A DNA stretch of 62,058 nucleotides. Origin: a virus. Taxonomy: Duplodnaviria > Caudoviricetes. Position 1 is the first letter of the stretch, and each line of letters starts with the position of its first letter. The stretch covers positions 1 through 62,058 of the IMG/VR virus record IMGVR_UViG_3300023170_004698; one strand, 5' to 3'. The translations under genes and the position numbers were made by a program. Below are positions 39,430 through 49,291 of the stretch, piece by piece. Below the pieces are notes generated by a model. The model did no database searches and was not told where the DNA came from. It saw only the letters and a list, made by a program, of their open reading frames with translations.

Positions 39430-42400
39430 TTAGGGAGGCGAAGATTTGTAAGGGTGCCCAGACGGAAGCTGACCCTCAAGACCCCACTTCCATGCAAGAT
39501 ACCCCTCGGCTTTCTCGATGTCCGAGATGTCGGTCCCGCCTGTACCGGGCAAGCCCGCGACGGCGAAGAACTCGGCCATTTGGCCGTTCAGTTCCTCACT
39601 GGATCGGTTTCGCATCAGCCGAAGTTGTTGGCTGGCTTGGACGTTGTTGTCGTAGTCGTTGACCGGAGTGAAGGCGTCGGAGCCATTCGCGCGGCAAGAA
39701 ATCTGGTTCCCGGTCTTGTTGAAGATGGCAACAACGATTGCCCACGACCCGAGACTGAGGCTCTGGAGGTTCCAGTCCTGCTTGTTCCCGATGGTGCTGC
39801 TGATCCGGTTGGAGGACAGGGCGTCGAGATCCAGTTCTCCCGGCCATGACCCCGTGGCTCCAGAGGAAACCGCGTAGTCCCGCTTCGGAGAAGATGCCGT
39901 CTCATAGGACCACAGGGAGTCCTTCGTGCCGTCTGCAACATCGGGGCGGAACACGCCGATGGCCCAGTGGTTCCCCGAAGACACCTGTGTGCTGAATGTC
40001 GTGCTTTGAAGGTACTCGCCGCTGCCGTCGAAATCGAAGGTGTTGAGGCCATTCCTGCCAGCGACCACCCGCGTCGGAGTCCCGCCAACGGAGAGGGTGT
40101 AGGTCCCTGCCTTGTCCGTCACCGCAGTCAGGGTGCTGCCACTGAGCGTGTAAGAGGAGGTGTCGGAGGCATCGACCCAAGCCACAATGCTCACATCTGT
40201 CGGCTCCCAAGAGCTTGTTGGCGAGCTAGTTATGCTGTTCGACGCACTAGAAGCGCCATTCGAATTGATGGCCCTAACCTCTACAGAATAACTAACCCCA
40301 TTAACTAGACTTCCGATAACAAACGGACTAGAGGTTGTACTAGCAGAGAACCATGATCCAGTACCATTAATTCGATACTCTACATCAGTAATGGCCGAAC
40401 CACCAGTACCATTAAGAGTGAAGTCCACAGAAAGCTGTGCATCCCCCGGCGTCAAAGATACAAGGGTCGGAGCATCGGGGATGGTCGAAGGCGTACCTGG
40501 AACAGCCGCCGATGAAGTGCCGTTACCTTCTGCATTTACCGCCCGAACCACGACCGAGTAGGTTTGGCCGTTGGTCAGACCCGTGATGGTAAACGGCGAA
40601 ACCGCCGTACCAGCCGAAACGAAGGCACCACCGTCGAGGCTGTACTCGTAGTCCGTGATGGCCGATCCACCGTCGCTTCCAGCCGTGAAGGCAACCGTCA
40701 GTTGCTCATCTCCCGAGGTCACCGAGTCGATAGTCGGAGCAGCCGGGGTCGTCGCCGGGGTCGCGTTGGTGACCGTGGAGGGAGTTCCTGTACCATTCGC
40801 GTTCACGGGACGGATCTGGATCGGGTAGGTGACCCCGTTCGTAAGCCCGGTGATCGTGAACGGGCTGGTCGGTACCGAGTCGGACAGCACGGACAGCAAC
40901 GTCCAGTCAATCTCAGCACCATCAATGTCACCACCATCGAAAGTCCAGAAAGACATCACAACGTCTGCGCTCGTGATGCCATAACCTTGGTCGCCTGTGG
41001 ACTGCTTGTAGGCAGTCCAGTCGGCGTAGGTCACGGTTGACTCGTCGCCAGCGGCGACCCCGAGGTCCCCGTTCCTACCGAACCCGAGCCTGATGTCGTT
41101 GCCGCTTGAAGTCACCTCCAAGAACGCACAGACAGTCCCATAGATAGATGGGGTGGTGCTCATGCTGTTACCGGTAGTGGATCCGCTGATAATTCTGAAC
41201 TCAACGCCAGTTCCAAGGTTGTTACATATACCGACGAGGTAGGTGTCGCCCTTGAAGATTTCTCCAGTGCTGGCGGCAGAGACGTTGTTCAACTCAAACG
41301 TATTCGTCCAGTTGTCACCCTTGATGCCGATGGCGAAGATGTTGTTGGTTCCAACAGCTTCTCCAAGGAAGTCGGTGAAGAAAGCGTTGTCCAGCACAAG
41401 GCGCTCACCTGCGCCAAGCTGCTCGTCAAGGCTGATCCAGCCGTGCTCGCCTGCATCCATCACGTTGGTACCCGTCTGGTTGGAAGCAGGACCTTCCTGC
41501 GTGATTCCGGTGATGGCCGTCGTTCCCGCACTCACCCAGTTGGTCCCATCAAGTGTGTACTCGATGTCGGTCAGAGCAGACCCGCCGTCGTCGCCAGCCG
41601 TGAAAGCCACGGTGAGTTCTCCGTCGCCAGCCGTGATGGCGTCAATGGTGGGCTGTGAAGGCGCCGTCGAGGGGATCGCCGTCGTAGCAGCGGACGGGGT
41701 GCCCGTGCCGTTGGCGTTGACCGCCTGCACCACCACATCATAGGACGTTCCGTTGGTGAGTCCCGTGATGGTAAACGGGGAAACAGCCGTGCCTGCCGAG
41801 ATGAATGGTCCTCCGTTGAGGCTGTACTCGTAGTCGGTGATCGCGGAGCCACCGTTGCTGCCGGTCACGGACACTGTGAGTTCCTGATTTCCCGTCGTGA
41901 TCCCAGAGATGGTCGGCTGACCTGGAACCGTAGATGGAGTTGCTGAAAATATAGAAGATGACTCTCCTGAGCCATTGTCATTAACTGGTCTAATCTGAAT
42001 ATTATATTCAACACCATTAACAAGTGGCGATATTACAAGCGGGCTTGCAGTTGATCCAATAGAAATCCACGTACTCCCACCATCAGTAGTATACTCGTAA
42101 TCGGTTATTTCGCTACCTCCATCATTTCCGGGAGTCACAGATACAGAAACCTGCCCATCTCCTTCCGCAATAGAATCTATCGTAGGCTCTGATGGTGTAC
42201 TTGTAAATGTTGAGCCAGTTACAGTTAATTCTTCGCCTATATAAGGCTCATCTCCGATATAAACATACAGCTCATCACCATACGGGGGCGACGGTATTGC
42301 TGGGTCAACTACCCACTCTAAATAAGCGCCATCATCGCCAGGGTTTCCCTCCCTAGTTATACCATCTTCATATGAAGTTATTCCATCATATGTAAAGCCT

Positions 42401-43467
42401 ATGGCATCATCTGACTCAAGGCTTTCATCATATACAAAGCGATAAGTTTCGCCAGCCTCTATTTCTGGAAAATCCTCAGAGCCATTGTAAAGAATCGTTC
42501 CCTCTGGATATTCCGTTACTATTATCCAATTGTCAGGGAGCGTTTGTGATGCAGTGGATTGGACCGGATCTTTCACTGTGAGAATTGATCCAACTGATGC
42601 AGTAGGGGTGCTCAAGCCTGGACTCTCAATCCATCTGTAAACAAACCTGCCCCCACATCCTCTGCGATTAGATGGATATCCACTTTTAATTACTGTGTTT
42701 TCGAGCTTTTGCTTTGAAATGATCCACCTTGAATCAACACTTTCGTAATAAAAGGATACATATTCTTTTGTCACGGGGTTATAATAACTTCGAACATAAT
42801 TGCCGGTGACGATAGGCTCTTTTTGTCCCAGCCTCTCTGTAAACAAATTTGATGTAGGATCAAATGAATTATAAGTCCTATTTATTAACTTTACCTGTTG
42901 ATTATTAAGCGCCTCATCTGTAGAACCATCTATAATAATAAGTTTTGCTTTTGAGTCAAAATACACATTATCATTTACAGACGAAGATGAAAACGAATCA
43001 TCATCAGTAGGTGCTTCTGCAAAATTTATAAAAGAAACAGAAGTTTCGTTGTCACCCTCTGCAATAGAGGCCTTTATGTCTAAGTCAACAAAATCTGTTG
43101 AGCTTTCCTGAGCGGCATAGCCTTCTGCGTCAAAAGACAGATTGTTTACAGAGCTAGATCCAAAAGGAAGAACGGATATTCCTTCTCCTATATTTCTTGG
43201 ACCATCCAGTTCAGTTGAATCCGAGCTATATAATTGGGTCAAAACTTCAGAAGAGCCATCTGCAGAAAGGGCTATGGCCTTAACGGTTAGAGTAAGGCCG
43301 GAAGTAGGAAGATAAACTTTACCCAAAGCTATTAGGGACTCTATTGTTGGATCTGTACCGTCAAGAGTATAAAAGATATTTGCAGGAACATCTGTTTCAA
43401 ATTCAATATATTCTGGTATACCAGAAATAATCTGCTCTTCACTCTCAAGTAAAGTTAATACTATCAT
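39430..43467 (-). CDS. Large virion/surface protein: Fn3-associated domain, five fibronectin type III repeats, C-terminal LamG/ConA-like domain
   Basis: IFYTLDGTDPT; repeats P..PTI.....G...L.V......GGS.ITDYEY.....PFTI.GL.NG..Y....R.VN..G; C-terminal AWVDASD...GQMAE...EGYLAWKWG. Confidence 0.85.
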   Translation of the reverse strand: MIVLTLLESEEQIISGIPEYIEFETDVPANIFYTLDGTDPTIESLIALGKVYLPTSGLTLTVKAIALSADGSSEVLTQLYSSDSTELDGPRNIGEGISVLPFGSSSVNNLSFDAEGYAAQESSTDFVDLDIKASIAEGDNETSVSFINFAEAPTDDDSFSSSSVNDNVYFDSKAKLIIIDGSTDEALNNQQVKLINRTYNSFDPTSNLFTERLGQKEPIVTGNYVRSYYNPVTKEYVSFYYESVDSRWIISKQKLENTVIKSGYPSNRRGCGGRFVYRWIESPGLSTPTASVGSILTVKDPVQSTASQTLPDNWIIVTEYPEGTILYNGSEDFPEIEAGETYRFVYDESLESDDAIGFTYDGITSYEDGITREGNPGDDGAYLEWVVDPAIPSPPYGDELYVYIGDEPYIGEELTVTGSTFTSTPSEPTIDSIAEGDGQVSVSVTPGNDGGSEITDYEYTTDGGSTWISIGSTASPLVISPLVNGVEYNIQIRPVNDNGSGESSSIFSATPSTVPGQPTISGITTGNQELTVSVTGSNGGSAITDYEYSLNGGPFISAGTAVSPFTITGLTNGTSYDVVVQAVNANGTGTPSAATTAIPSTAPSQPTIDAITAGDGELTVAFTAGDDGGSALTDIEYTLDGTNWVSAGTTAITGITQEGPASNQTGTNVMDAGEHGWISLDEQLGAGERLVLDNAFFTDFLGEAVGTNNIFAIGIKGDNWTNTFELNNVSAASTGEIFKGDTYLVGICNNLGTGVEFRIISGSTTGNSMSTTPSIYGTVCAFLEVTSSGNDIRLGFGRNGDLGVAAGDESTVTYADWTAYKQSTGDQGYGITSADVVMSFWTFDGGDIDGAEIDWTLLSVLSDSVPTSPFTITGLTNGVTYPIQIRPVNANGTGTPSTVTNATPATTPAAPTIDSVTSGDEQLTVAFTAGSDGGSAITDYEYSLDGGAFVSAGTAVSPFTITGLTNGQTYSVVVRAVNAEGNGTSSAAVPGTPSTIPDAPTLVSLTPGDAQLSVDFTLNGTGGSAITDVEYRINGTGSWFSASTTSSPFVIGSLVNGVSYSVEVRAINSNGASSASNSITSSPTSSWEPTDVSIVAWVDASDTSSYTLSGSTLTAVTDKAGTYTLSVGGTPTRVVAGRNGLNTFDFDGSGEYLQSTTFSTQVSSGNHWAIGVFRPDVADGTKDSLWSYETASSPKRDYAVSSGATGSWPGELDLDALSSNRISSTIGNKQDWNLQSLSLGSWAIVVAIFNKTGNQISCRANGSDAFTPVNDYDNNVQASQQLRLMRNRSSEELNGQMAEFFAVAGLPGTGGTDISDIEKAEGYLAWKWGLEGQLPSGHPYKSSPP
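40220..42200 (-). repeat. Five tandem Fn3 coding repeats (about 90 aa each; the third is interrupted)
   Basis: Protein repeats, with clear DNA similarity between about 40580-40673 and 41762-41856. Confidence 0.85.
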
Positions 43468-43500
43468 ATCTTCCTCTATATATTCATAGAGATTAGCATA

Positions 43501-45606
43501 TTATCTTCTTGTAAATACAATCTCTGTATCACCATTTATTTTAGTAGAGTCGATAACATTGTCAAACTTTTCTTTTAAGGATTCATCATGAGTGATTACC
43601 ATAATTTTATACTTTTCCTCAAGTGATCTTATGACATTCACGAATAAAGTTTCTACGCCATACCTATCTAGTGGCGAGTTGATTTCGTCTAGCAATAAGA
43701 ATTCCAAAGAAGATCCCCCATATCTTGAAGATATCTCACTCAAGGCAATCCTTAGAGCAAGAGATATTCTGAATTGCTCTCCGCCACTTAGGGACTTAAA
43801 GCTTTGCAGGTTGCCATCCTTTCTAACTTTTAGATCCAGAGTCTCTATTATAGAGGATCCATCCGACCCGAGCCTCTGAGTTTCCAGGACTATCGTTGCC
43901 GGCTCGTTGCACATTGAAGAAAGAGTGATATTTGATGTTTTCTCTAGGTCCTCAATAATTGCATCAAGAAGAATGGATTGAATGCCATTCTTTCCGAACA
44001 TTTTAGATAGCTTTAGGAAAAGCGATGCCCGCTCCATCTTTGAAGTTATCTTCTTTTTATCCTTAAGGATTTTGTCAACCACTTCCTTAAGAAGCGATTC
44101 TCTCTCTATCAGTCTGCCAAGCTCCCTATCCTCAGATGATAAAGTCTCCTTAAGCTCAATTTCTTCCTTTTCCGACTTTTTCAACTCTTCCCTTAGATTC
44201 TGAAAGTCTTCATTTTTAATAGAATCTAATATTGAAAGATTCGCTGATATATTAATGTTGGAAGAGGAAATCTTATCATTTATTTCCTGCAGCCTAACCT
44301 CTTGTTTTTTATAGTTTGAAACAAGAAGATTCAAGGTTGGCTCACAATCTTTTAGCTTTTCTTGCGCCAAAAGAATTTTCTTATTTACCTTAACCGTTTC
44401 CTGCAGAACATTTAAATCTTTTTCATGCTCTATGATTGAGTTAATAGCTGTAACTTTTTTACCATTATAAAGAGCTTTTTTATCCTCAATATCTTTTACC
44501 AACTTAGAGTATAGATCTTCGTCAATTCCTTGCTGGCAAACATAACACTTGTCGGGTGTAATGGAGATTTCCTCTAGAGATGCAACAAAGTCTTCGCATG
44601 ATTTCTTTTCTACCTTAAGACTTATCAGACTGTCCTTTAGCTTTTGTATATTTGATTCGTCAACATCTCTAAGCTCCTTTGTTGAAAGAAAAGACTTTAT
44701 TTTTTCTACATTTTCCTCATACCTTTCTTTTTCAGACTTTGTCTCTGCAAGCTGCTCCTCTTGGCTCTTTTTAGACTTTTCAAGATAGGCCACCTCTTCC
44801 CTGAGCTTTGCAAGATCATCAATTACTTTGTCGTAAGTATCTGTATCTAAAGATGATTTTAGCTCGCTGTAACGCTTTGAGAGAGCTTCTTTTGACTTTG
44901 CTAGTGCTGATATATTTTCGTTTAACGAAGCTATTATTGAATTTTTATCTTTTATCTCAGCCCTGAGATTTACAAGATTCTCATATTGCTCGTCATAAGC
45001 CTCAGTAGACTTCTTTAAAACTTTACATTCATCAGATATTTCTTTTGATACTTTCTTTGCAGATTTCTCATACTGGTCCCATCTGGAAATATCTATTATA
45101 GACTTAAGGATCTCCTTCTTTCTGGAAGGCTCTGCCTCTGCAAATTCGGATATATCATTTTGCCTAAAGTAAACAGAGTTTACAAACGTTTTATACTCTA
45201 ACTTAATTAGGTCTTCTATTTTTGAATTTGTGTCTCCGGCAGTTGAGCCGGATATGTCTACCCAGTCACCCGCCTTGTCAAGAGCATACAAAGATACGCC
45301 TGATGTAGAACTCATCCTATTTCTAGTTCTAACTACCCGATACTTTGCGTCATTATGAATAAACTCAAGAGAGACGGAGCAATCTGTTTCGCCCCATCTT
45401 ACAATGTCATCCATCATGGACTGTCTAGACTTATTAAACAAACACCAAAGCATCGATTCAAATATAGAGCTTTTACCTGATCCATTAGACTTTTCATAGT
45501 CGCCCTCAGTGTTGCCGATAAGTAATGCAGAATTAAACGTAGTAAAATCTATCTCACTATCCTTGTGAGAGAAAAAGTTCCGCATATGTAATCTGGTTGG
45601 AATCAT
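43501..45606 (-). CDS. sbcC: SbcC/Rad50 (gp46-like) SMC ATPase
   Basis: NFFSH, NGSGKSS, coiled coils with Zn hook CYVC, LSGGE, LLLDE, VITH. Confidence 0.95.
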   Translation of the reverse strand: MIPTRLHMRNFFSHKDSEIDFTTFNSALLIGNTEGDYEKSNGSGKSSIFESMLWCLFNKSRQSMMDDIVRWGETDCSVSLEFIHNDAKYRVVRTRNRMSSTSGVSLYALDKAGDWVDISGSTAGDTNSKIEDLIKLEYKTFVNSVYFRQNDISEFAEAEPSRKKEILKSIIDISRWDQYEKSAKKVSKEISDECKVLKKSTEAYDEQYENLVNLRAEIKDKNSIIASLNENISALAKSKEALSKRYSELKSSLDTDTYDKVIDDLAKLREEVAYLEKSKKSQEEQLAETKSEKERYEENVEKIKSFLSTKELRDVDESNIQKLKDSLISLKVEKKSCEDFVASLEEISITPDKCYVCQQGIDEDLYSKLVKDIEDKKALYNGKKVTAINSIIEHEKDLNVLQETVKVNKKILLAQEKLKDCEPTLNLLVSNYKKQEVRLQEINDKISSSNINISANLSILDSIKNEDFQNLREELKKSEKEEIELKETLSSEDRELGRLIERESLLKEVVDKILKDKKKITSKMERASLFLKLSKMFGKNGIQSILLDAIIEDLEKTSNITLSSMCNEPATIVLETQRLGSDGSSIIETLDLKVRKDGNLQSFKSLSGGEQFRISLALRIALSEISSRYGGSSLEFLLLDEINSPLDRYGVETLFVNVIRSLEEKYKIMVITHDESLKEKFDNVIDSTKINGDTEIVFTRR

Positions 45607-46772
45607 TAAGCCTCCATTATGTTTTTTGCTTCTTTAAGCATATCCTCTAAGGCTGCTTTGCTTAACCCCTGCTTTTCTACAAAAGCCTTGAACATAGAAT
45701 AGTCATCTTCATGTTCAAGAACAGAGTTATCTCTGACTATTCTTTTTGCAACAACCTCTATTATAACCTTTGAAACAAAGAATGCTCCAGCGGCATACAG
45801 CTTATCCGATATAGACTTTTTATCTACTGCCGGCAACACTCTTTCATCAATGGTAAACTTAAACCTAACTATTTTCTCTTTTAGATCTATCAGTCCAATC
45901 TCTTCATCAATTCTGTCAGATATATCTGAGAAGTCTGCGCCAGACAGATCTACAGAACGCTCAACCAACTCTCTGCTGGGAACTTTCCTGAACGAAGCCT
46001 TTTTGGTGGATAAGTCATAATCGATAAAATACTTATCAACGTTTGCGTCACCAAAGTTTGACCTCTCCATTGACCCGGTATAGATGCATACCGGAGACTT
46101 CTTTCTTAGCACTCTAAACTGGTGTAGATGCCCCATTAGCGCAACATCGCACCCTTCAAATGCTGAAGGTCTAGCCATAAGCTCTGAGCCTCCAAAGTCA
46201 TTATAACTTCCTTCATAAAAGAAATTATGACCCACAGCAATAGTTGGATTTTGATTTTTAACGCCATCTATAAGAGATTTTATTTCTGCTTCAAACCCCT
46301 CGGACTTTTCCTTATTACCCTTGCCGGGATACATTCGGTGATCCCTAAATGGTAAAAGCAAAAGATTTGAAGAATCTCCGTCATTATTTGAAACCTCTAT
46401 AACCTCTGGATTTAAAACCATTCTTACATTTGGATAATCTGCAGCGGCCAAAGAAGTTATAGAACTAGTAAAGCTTGAGCCGTTTCTGCGATAATCATGA
46501 TTTCCCATTATCACAAAAGTAGAAACGCCAGCATTAGAAAGCTTTTTTAGGGCGGCGTCAACAATAGCCATATGCCTAACATCAGGATCTCTATGCTCAA
46601 ATATGTCTCCAGTTTGAATAAAGATATCTGCTTTAGACGATATTGTGTAATCAACTATATGATTTAAGCTTTTTACATAGTCATTAATTCTAGTGTTTCC
46701 ACCATTGCCGTCTGGTCTGCCCAGGCCGAATATGGCTCCGATATGTGCGTCGCCGCATATAACTGCTCTCAT
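45606..46772 (-). CDS. sbcD: SbcD/Mre11 (gp47-like) nuclease
   Basis: GDAHIG, TGDIFE, GNHD, GH, GHLH, YTGS..R..FGD. Confidence 0.95.
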   Translation of the reverse strand: MRAVICGDAHIGAIFGLGRPDGNGGNTRINDYVKSLNHIVDYTISSKADIFIQTGDIFEHRDPDVRHMAIVDAALKKLSNAGVSTFVIMGNHDYRRNGSSFTSSITSLAAADYPNVRMVLNPEVIEVSNNDGDSSNLLLLPFRDHRMYPGKGNKEKSEGFEAEIKSLIDGVKNQNPTIAVGHNFFYEGSYNDFGGSELMARPSAFEGCDVALMGHLHQFRVLRKKSPVCIYTGSMERSNFGDANVDKYFIDYDLSTKKASFRKVPSRELVERSVDLSGADFSDISDRIDEEIGLIDLKEKIVRFKFTIDERVLPAVDKKSISDKLYAAGAFFVSKVIIEVVAKRIVRDNSVLEHEDDYSMFKAFVEKQGLSKAALEDMLKEAKNIMEA

Positions 46773-47305
46773 TTTTTATTATATCTCCTAAAGGTGGATT
46801 GCTTTACTTTTAATAAAAGTTTTTTTGCAGACATTGTGTCGTACCTATCTATCTCGGATATGTACTCATCCGTCTTTTTCATTACCATCTCAATCCACTC
46901 CAGATCATCTGGATGGGCTTTCATCAGTCCTCTAAAGTAATGAGATATTTCCAATAATACTGAAAAGATCGTACTCTTTGCATATGCTTTTGATTTTTTT
47001 AAATCATTTTTATCTACAAAAGAAGACAAATCTCTTATTGAATCAGCGAAGCCTTTGCCGGTACACAGAATATAAAAGTCAATAACATTATTTGAAGCAT
47101 TGCAGCCAAAGCAATAAAAGTTATTTCTATCATCATCTATATAAAGTGATCCCGTCCTTTCAAGACCTCCCTTGTGATCTGGGCTTGGACACTTACAGCG
47201 ATGCGTAAAGTTGCCTGTATTTGTATCCTCTAGCGAGATTCCTACGGATTCTGCTACATCAGATATCTTTACATTCATAAGAATTTGTTCTTTTGAAAAA
47301 TACAT
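46769..47305 (-). CDS. Stand-alone CHC2 primase zinc-finger protein
   Basis: CPSPDH...ERTGSL...FYCFGC...NVIDF.....G..F..SI..L matches the DnaG N-terminal zinc-binding domain; no TOPRIM domain. Confidence 0.85.
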   Translation of the reverse strand: MYFSKEQILMNVKISDVAESVGISLEDTNTGNFTHRCKCPSPDHKGGLERTGSLYIDDDRNNFYCFGCNASNNVIDFYILCTGKGFADSIRDLSSFVDKNDLKKSKAYAKSTIFSVLLEISHYFRGLMKAHPDDLEWIEMVMKKTDEYISEIDRYDTMSAKKLLLKVKQSTFRRYNKK

Positions 47306-48411
47306 TAGAAACCAAAAAATATAAATATTCCAGATGTCCCTGATTTCTTTAGATCCAAACTGGCTAGCTCTCTGTCAATATCGCTAATGTTTGGTGCTCG
47401 AAATAGGGTTGGTTCGGAACTTCTGCCATCCAGCATAAGCCCAACTCCAATGTTGTCTATTTTTTCTGCACCAGATTTGTCCAAAATAACTCGACTATCA
47501 ACAGCCGATGCAACACGCATCGCAACTCTGCCCGGAAAGTTTGCTTTAATTAACCCAGATATGACAGAGGTTGCTGGGCGCTGAGTTGCCAAGATAATAG
47601 ATATACCTGCTGCTCGCCCCTTTTGCGCAAGCATGCTCAACTCTTTTTGCAAACCCTTCTCTTGCAGAACCAAGTCAGCCCACTCGTCTATAACTAGACA
47701 AATTGGATGCATTGTGTTTCTTCCAGATTTATCAATCGCCTCGGTCGCACTCCTTAGGCCATTCTTCCTAAGGGCGGAAAACCTATAATTCATAACTCCG
47801 ATAAGCGACTTAATCGTAGATGATATATCCTCTACCGAATTTGAAATGTTCTTAACATCCTTATATGGAGAATATCTTTCAAACTCAACCATCTTCGGAT
47901 CACACAAGTAAAGGGAAGTCTTATTATTTAGCAGAGACATAATAAACGAATGCAGCAAAACACTCTTTCCAGAACCAGTTGTGCCACCAACAATTAAGTT
48001 TGGAATTTTATTAAGATCCTTATATACCAAGTCTCCAGACTCTGCGATCCCTACAAATAATGGCATATAGAAGTTTTTGTCATAGCCATTCAGCATATCT
48101 CCAAAACTTGGAGAGATAATCTCTTCCCGCTGTACGGATAGCCTGTACGTTCCCTCGCTCATTACAAGCGAGCCTGTTGGCACCGTGTAAGCTCCAAGGG
48201 CAAGACCAATATCTTCAAGCAGCCTATTTACCTTTGAGGCTCTAACTCCTGGTGCAAGCTTTATATAATAATAATCAAAAAATCTACCCCTATTCATAGA
48301 GATAGATGTAACATTTACTTTGAAGGATTTTAGTATATTTAGAAGCCTAGACTCCTCTAGGTTATATACCTGAAAATCTACTCCGCATTTTTCCGGCAGT
48401 CCCATCAACAC
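47305..48411 (-). CDS. FtsK/SpoIIIE-like DNA translocase motor (no TM or gamma domain)
   Basis: PNLIVGGTTGSGKSV, DPKMVE, LVIDEWADL, LAQKGRAAGI.IILATQRP, IKANFPGR, DSRVILD..GAE. Confidence 0.9.
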   Translation of the reverse strand: MLMGLPEKCGVDFQVYNLEESRLLNILKSFKVNVTSISMNRGRFFDYYYIKLAPGVRASKVNRLLEDIGLALGAYTVPTGSLVMSEGTYRLSVQREEIISPSFGDMLNGYDKNFYMPLFVGIAESGDLVYKDLNKIPNLIVGGTTGSGKSVLLHSFIMSLLNNKTSLYLCDPKMVEFERYSPYKDVKNISNSVEDISSTIKSLIGVMNYRFSALRKNGLRSATEAIDKSGRNTMHPICLVIDEWADLVLQEKGLQKELSMLAQKGRAAGISIILATQRPATSVISGLIKANFPGRVAMRVASAVDSRVILDKSGAEKIDNIGVGLMLDGRSSEPTLFRAPNISDIDRELASLDLKKSGTSGIFIFFGF

Positions 48412-48589
48412 CCCTCAGCTTTTGCAAGACATCTTCAAGGGCCTTCTTATAGGCCACAAGGGCAATATAGGCACGATCACCGGATAAGTCAAGAGAAAGT
48501 TTTGACGACCGATCCTCAAGGGATCTGATTAAAGCAGCCTCCTCCTGTATTTTTTTCATCAGCCATTCGGATAGCTCTTTCTCATTCAC
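48362..48589 (-). CDS. Hypothetical protein
   Basis: 75-aa ORF coupled to the upstream gene. Confidence 0.6.
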   Translation of the reverse strand: MNEKELSEWLMKKIQEEAALIRSLEDRSSKLSLDLSGDRAYIALVAYKKALEDVLQKLRGVDGTAGKMRSRFSGI

Positions 48590-48939
48590 TTTCTAGCTCC
48601 CTGATTTTTCTTAACTCTTTTTATCTCTCGCTCTAATTCTGCGAGCTTTGCCTCTAGTCTTATATTTTCATCTCTTAGCTTCAGGGAGGATCTGAGAGAC
48701 AGAACGATTAAGCCGAAGATACCCTCTCCAGGGTTCTCTTCATCAAGCTTATCCGCAGCCACAAGAAGCCGGTTTAAAACAGAGACAACATTATTGTGAT
48801 AAGCGGGGGTTTGATTATCGGGGTGAGTCTTATCTTTTAGCAGAGACTTAAAATCATCGAAGGCTTTCTCGACCGTATTTCTGGCAGCAGCCTTAGACTG
48901 TAGGTATTTATTGTTAGTTGGTATGTTTACATTGCTCAT
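48586..48939 (-). CDS. Hypothetical coiled-coil protein
   Basis: 117 aa with GGAGG RBS. Confidence 0.7.
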   Translation of the reverse strand: MSNVNIPTNNKYLQSKAAARNTVEKAFDDFKSLLKDKTHPDNQTPAYHNNVVSVLNRLLVAADKLDEENPGEGIFGLIVLSLRSSLKLRDENIRLEAKLAELEREIKRVKKNQGARK

Positions 48940-49261
48940 AGAAGTCCTCCTCTAGCATAAGCATCAAATATATTCCGCAAGACTTATGCATTTTGATGAA
49001 TGCTTGAATCCTGTGAAGTTTTTCTTCTTCTATTATACCAAACTGTCTGTATAATAAGTTTATAATATTTATATTCTTGTTATAGTCAAAGCTGGGGCCG
49101 TCAAATAAACCGCAGGCTTTCTCTAAAAATGTAATTATTTTTTCCCTTTGAGAGCCGCCCACTTTAGATAAATCTATGATCGGGTTAACGACAGAGTTGC
49201 AATAAGCAAATCCATTTTCATCGGCAAAACCGTTGCAGCCTAATATAATCATTATATTCAT
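48914..49261 (-). CDS. Hypothetical protein
   Basis: 115-aa ORF in operon. Confidence 0.65.
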   Translation of the reverse strand: MNIMIILGCNGFADENGFAYCNSVVNPIIDLSKVGGSQREKIITFLEKACGLFDGPSFDYNKNINIINLLYRQFGIIEEEKLHRIQAFIKMHKSCGIYLMLMLEEDFYEQCKHTN

Positions 49262-49291
49262 TAACTCTGCCCAAGAGGACTATAATCATTT

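Noticed and set aside
39454-41852. Many overlapping alternative ORFs within the Fn3 gene
   Set aside because: Expected from stop-codon scarcity in the high-GC blocks; no recognisable motifs.
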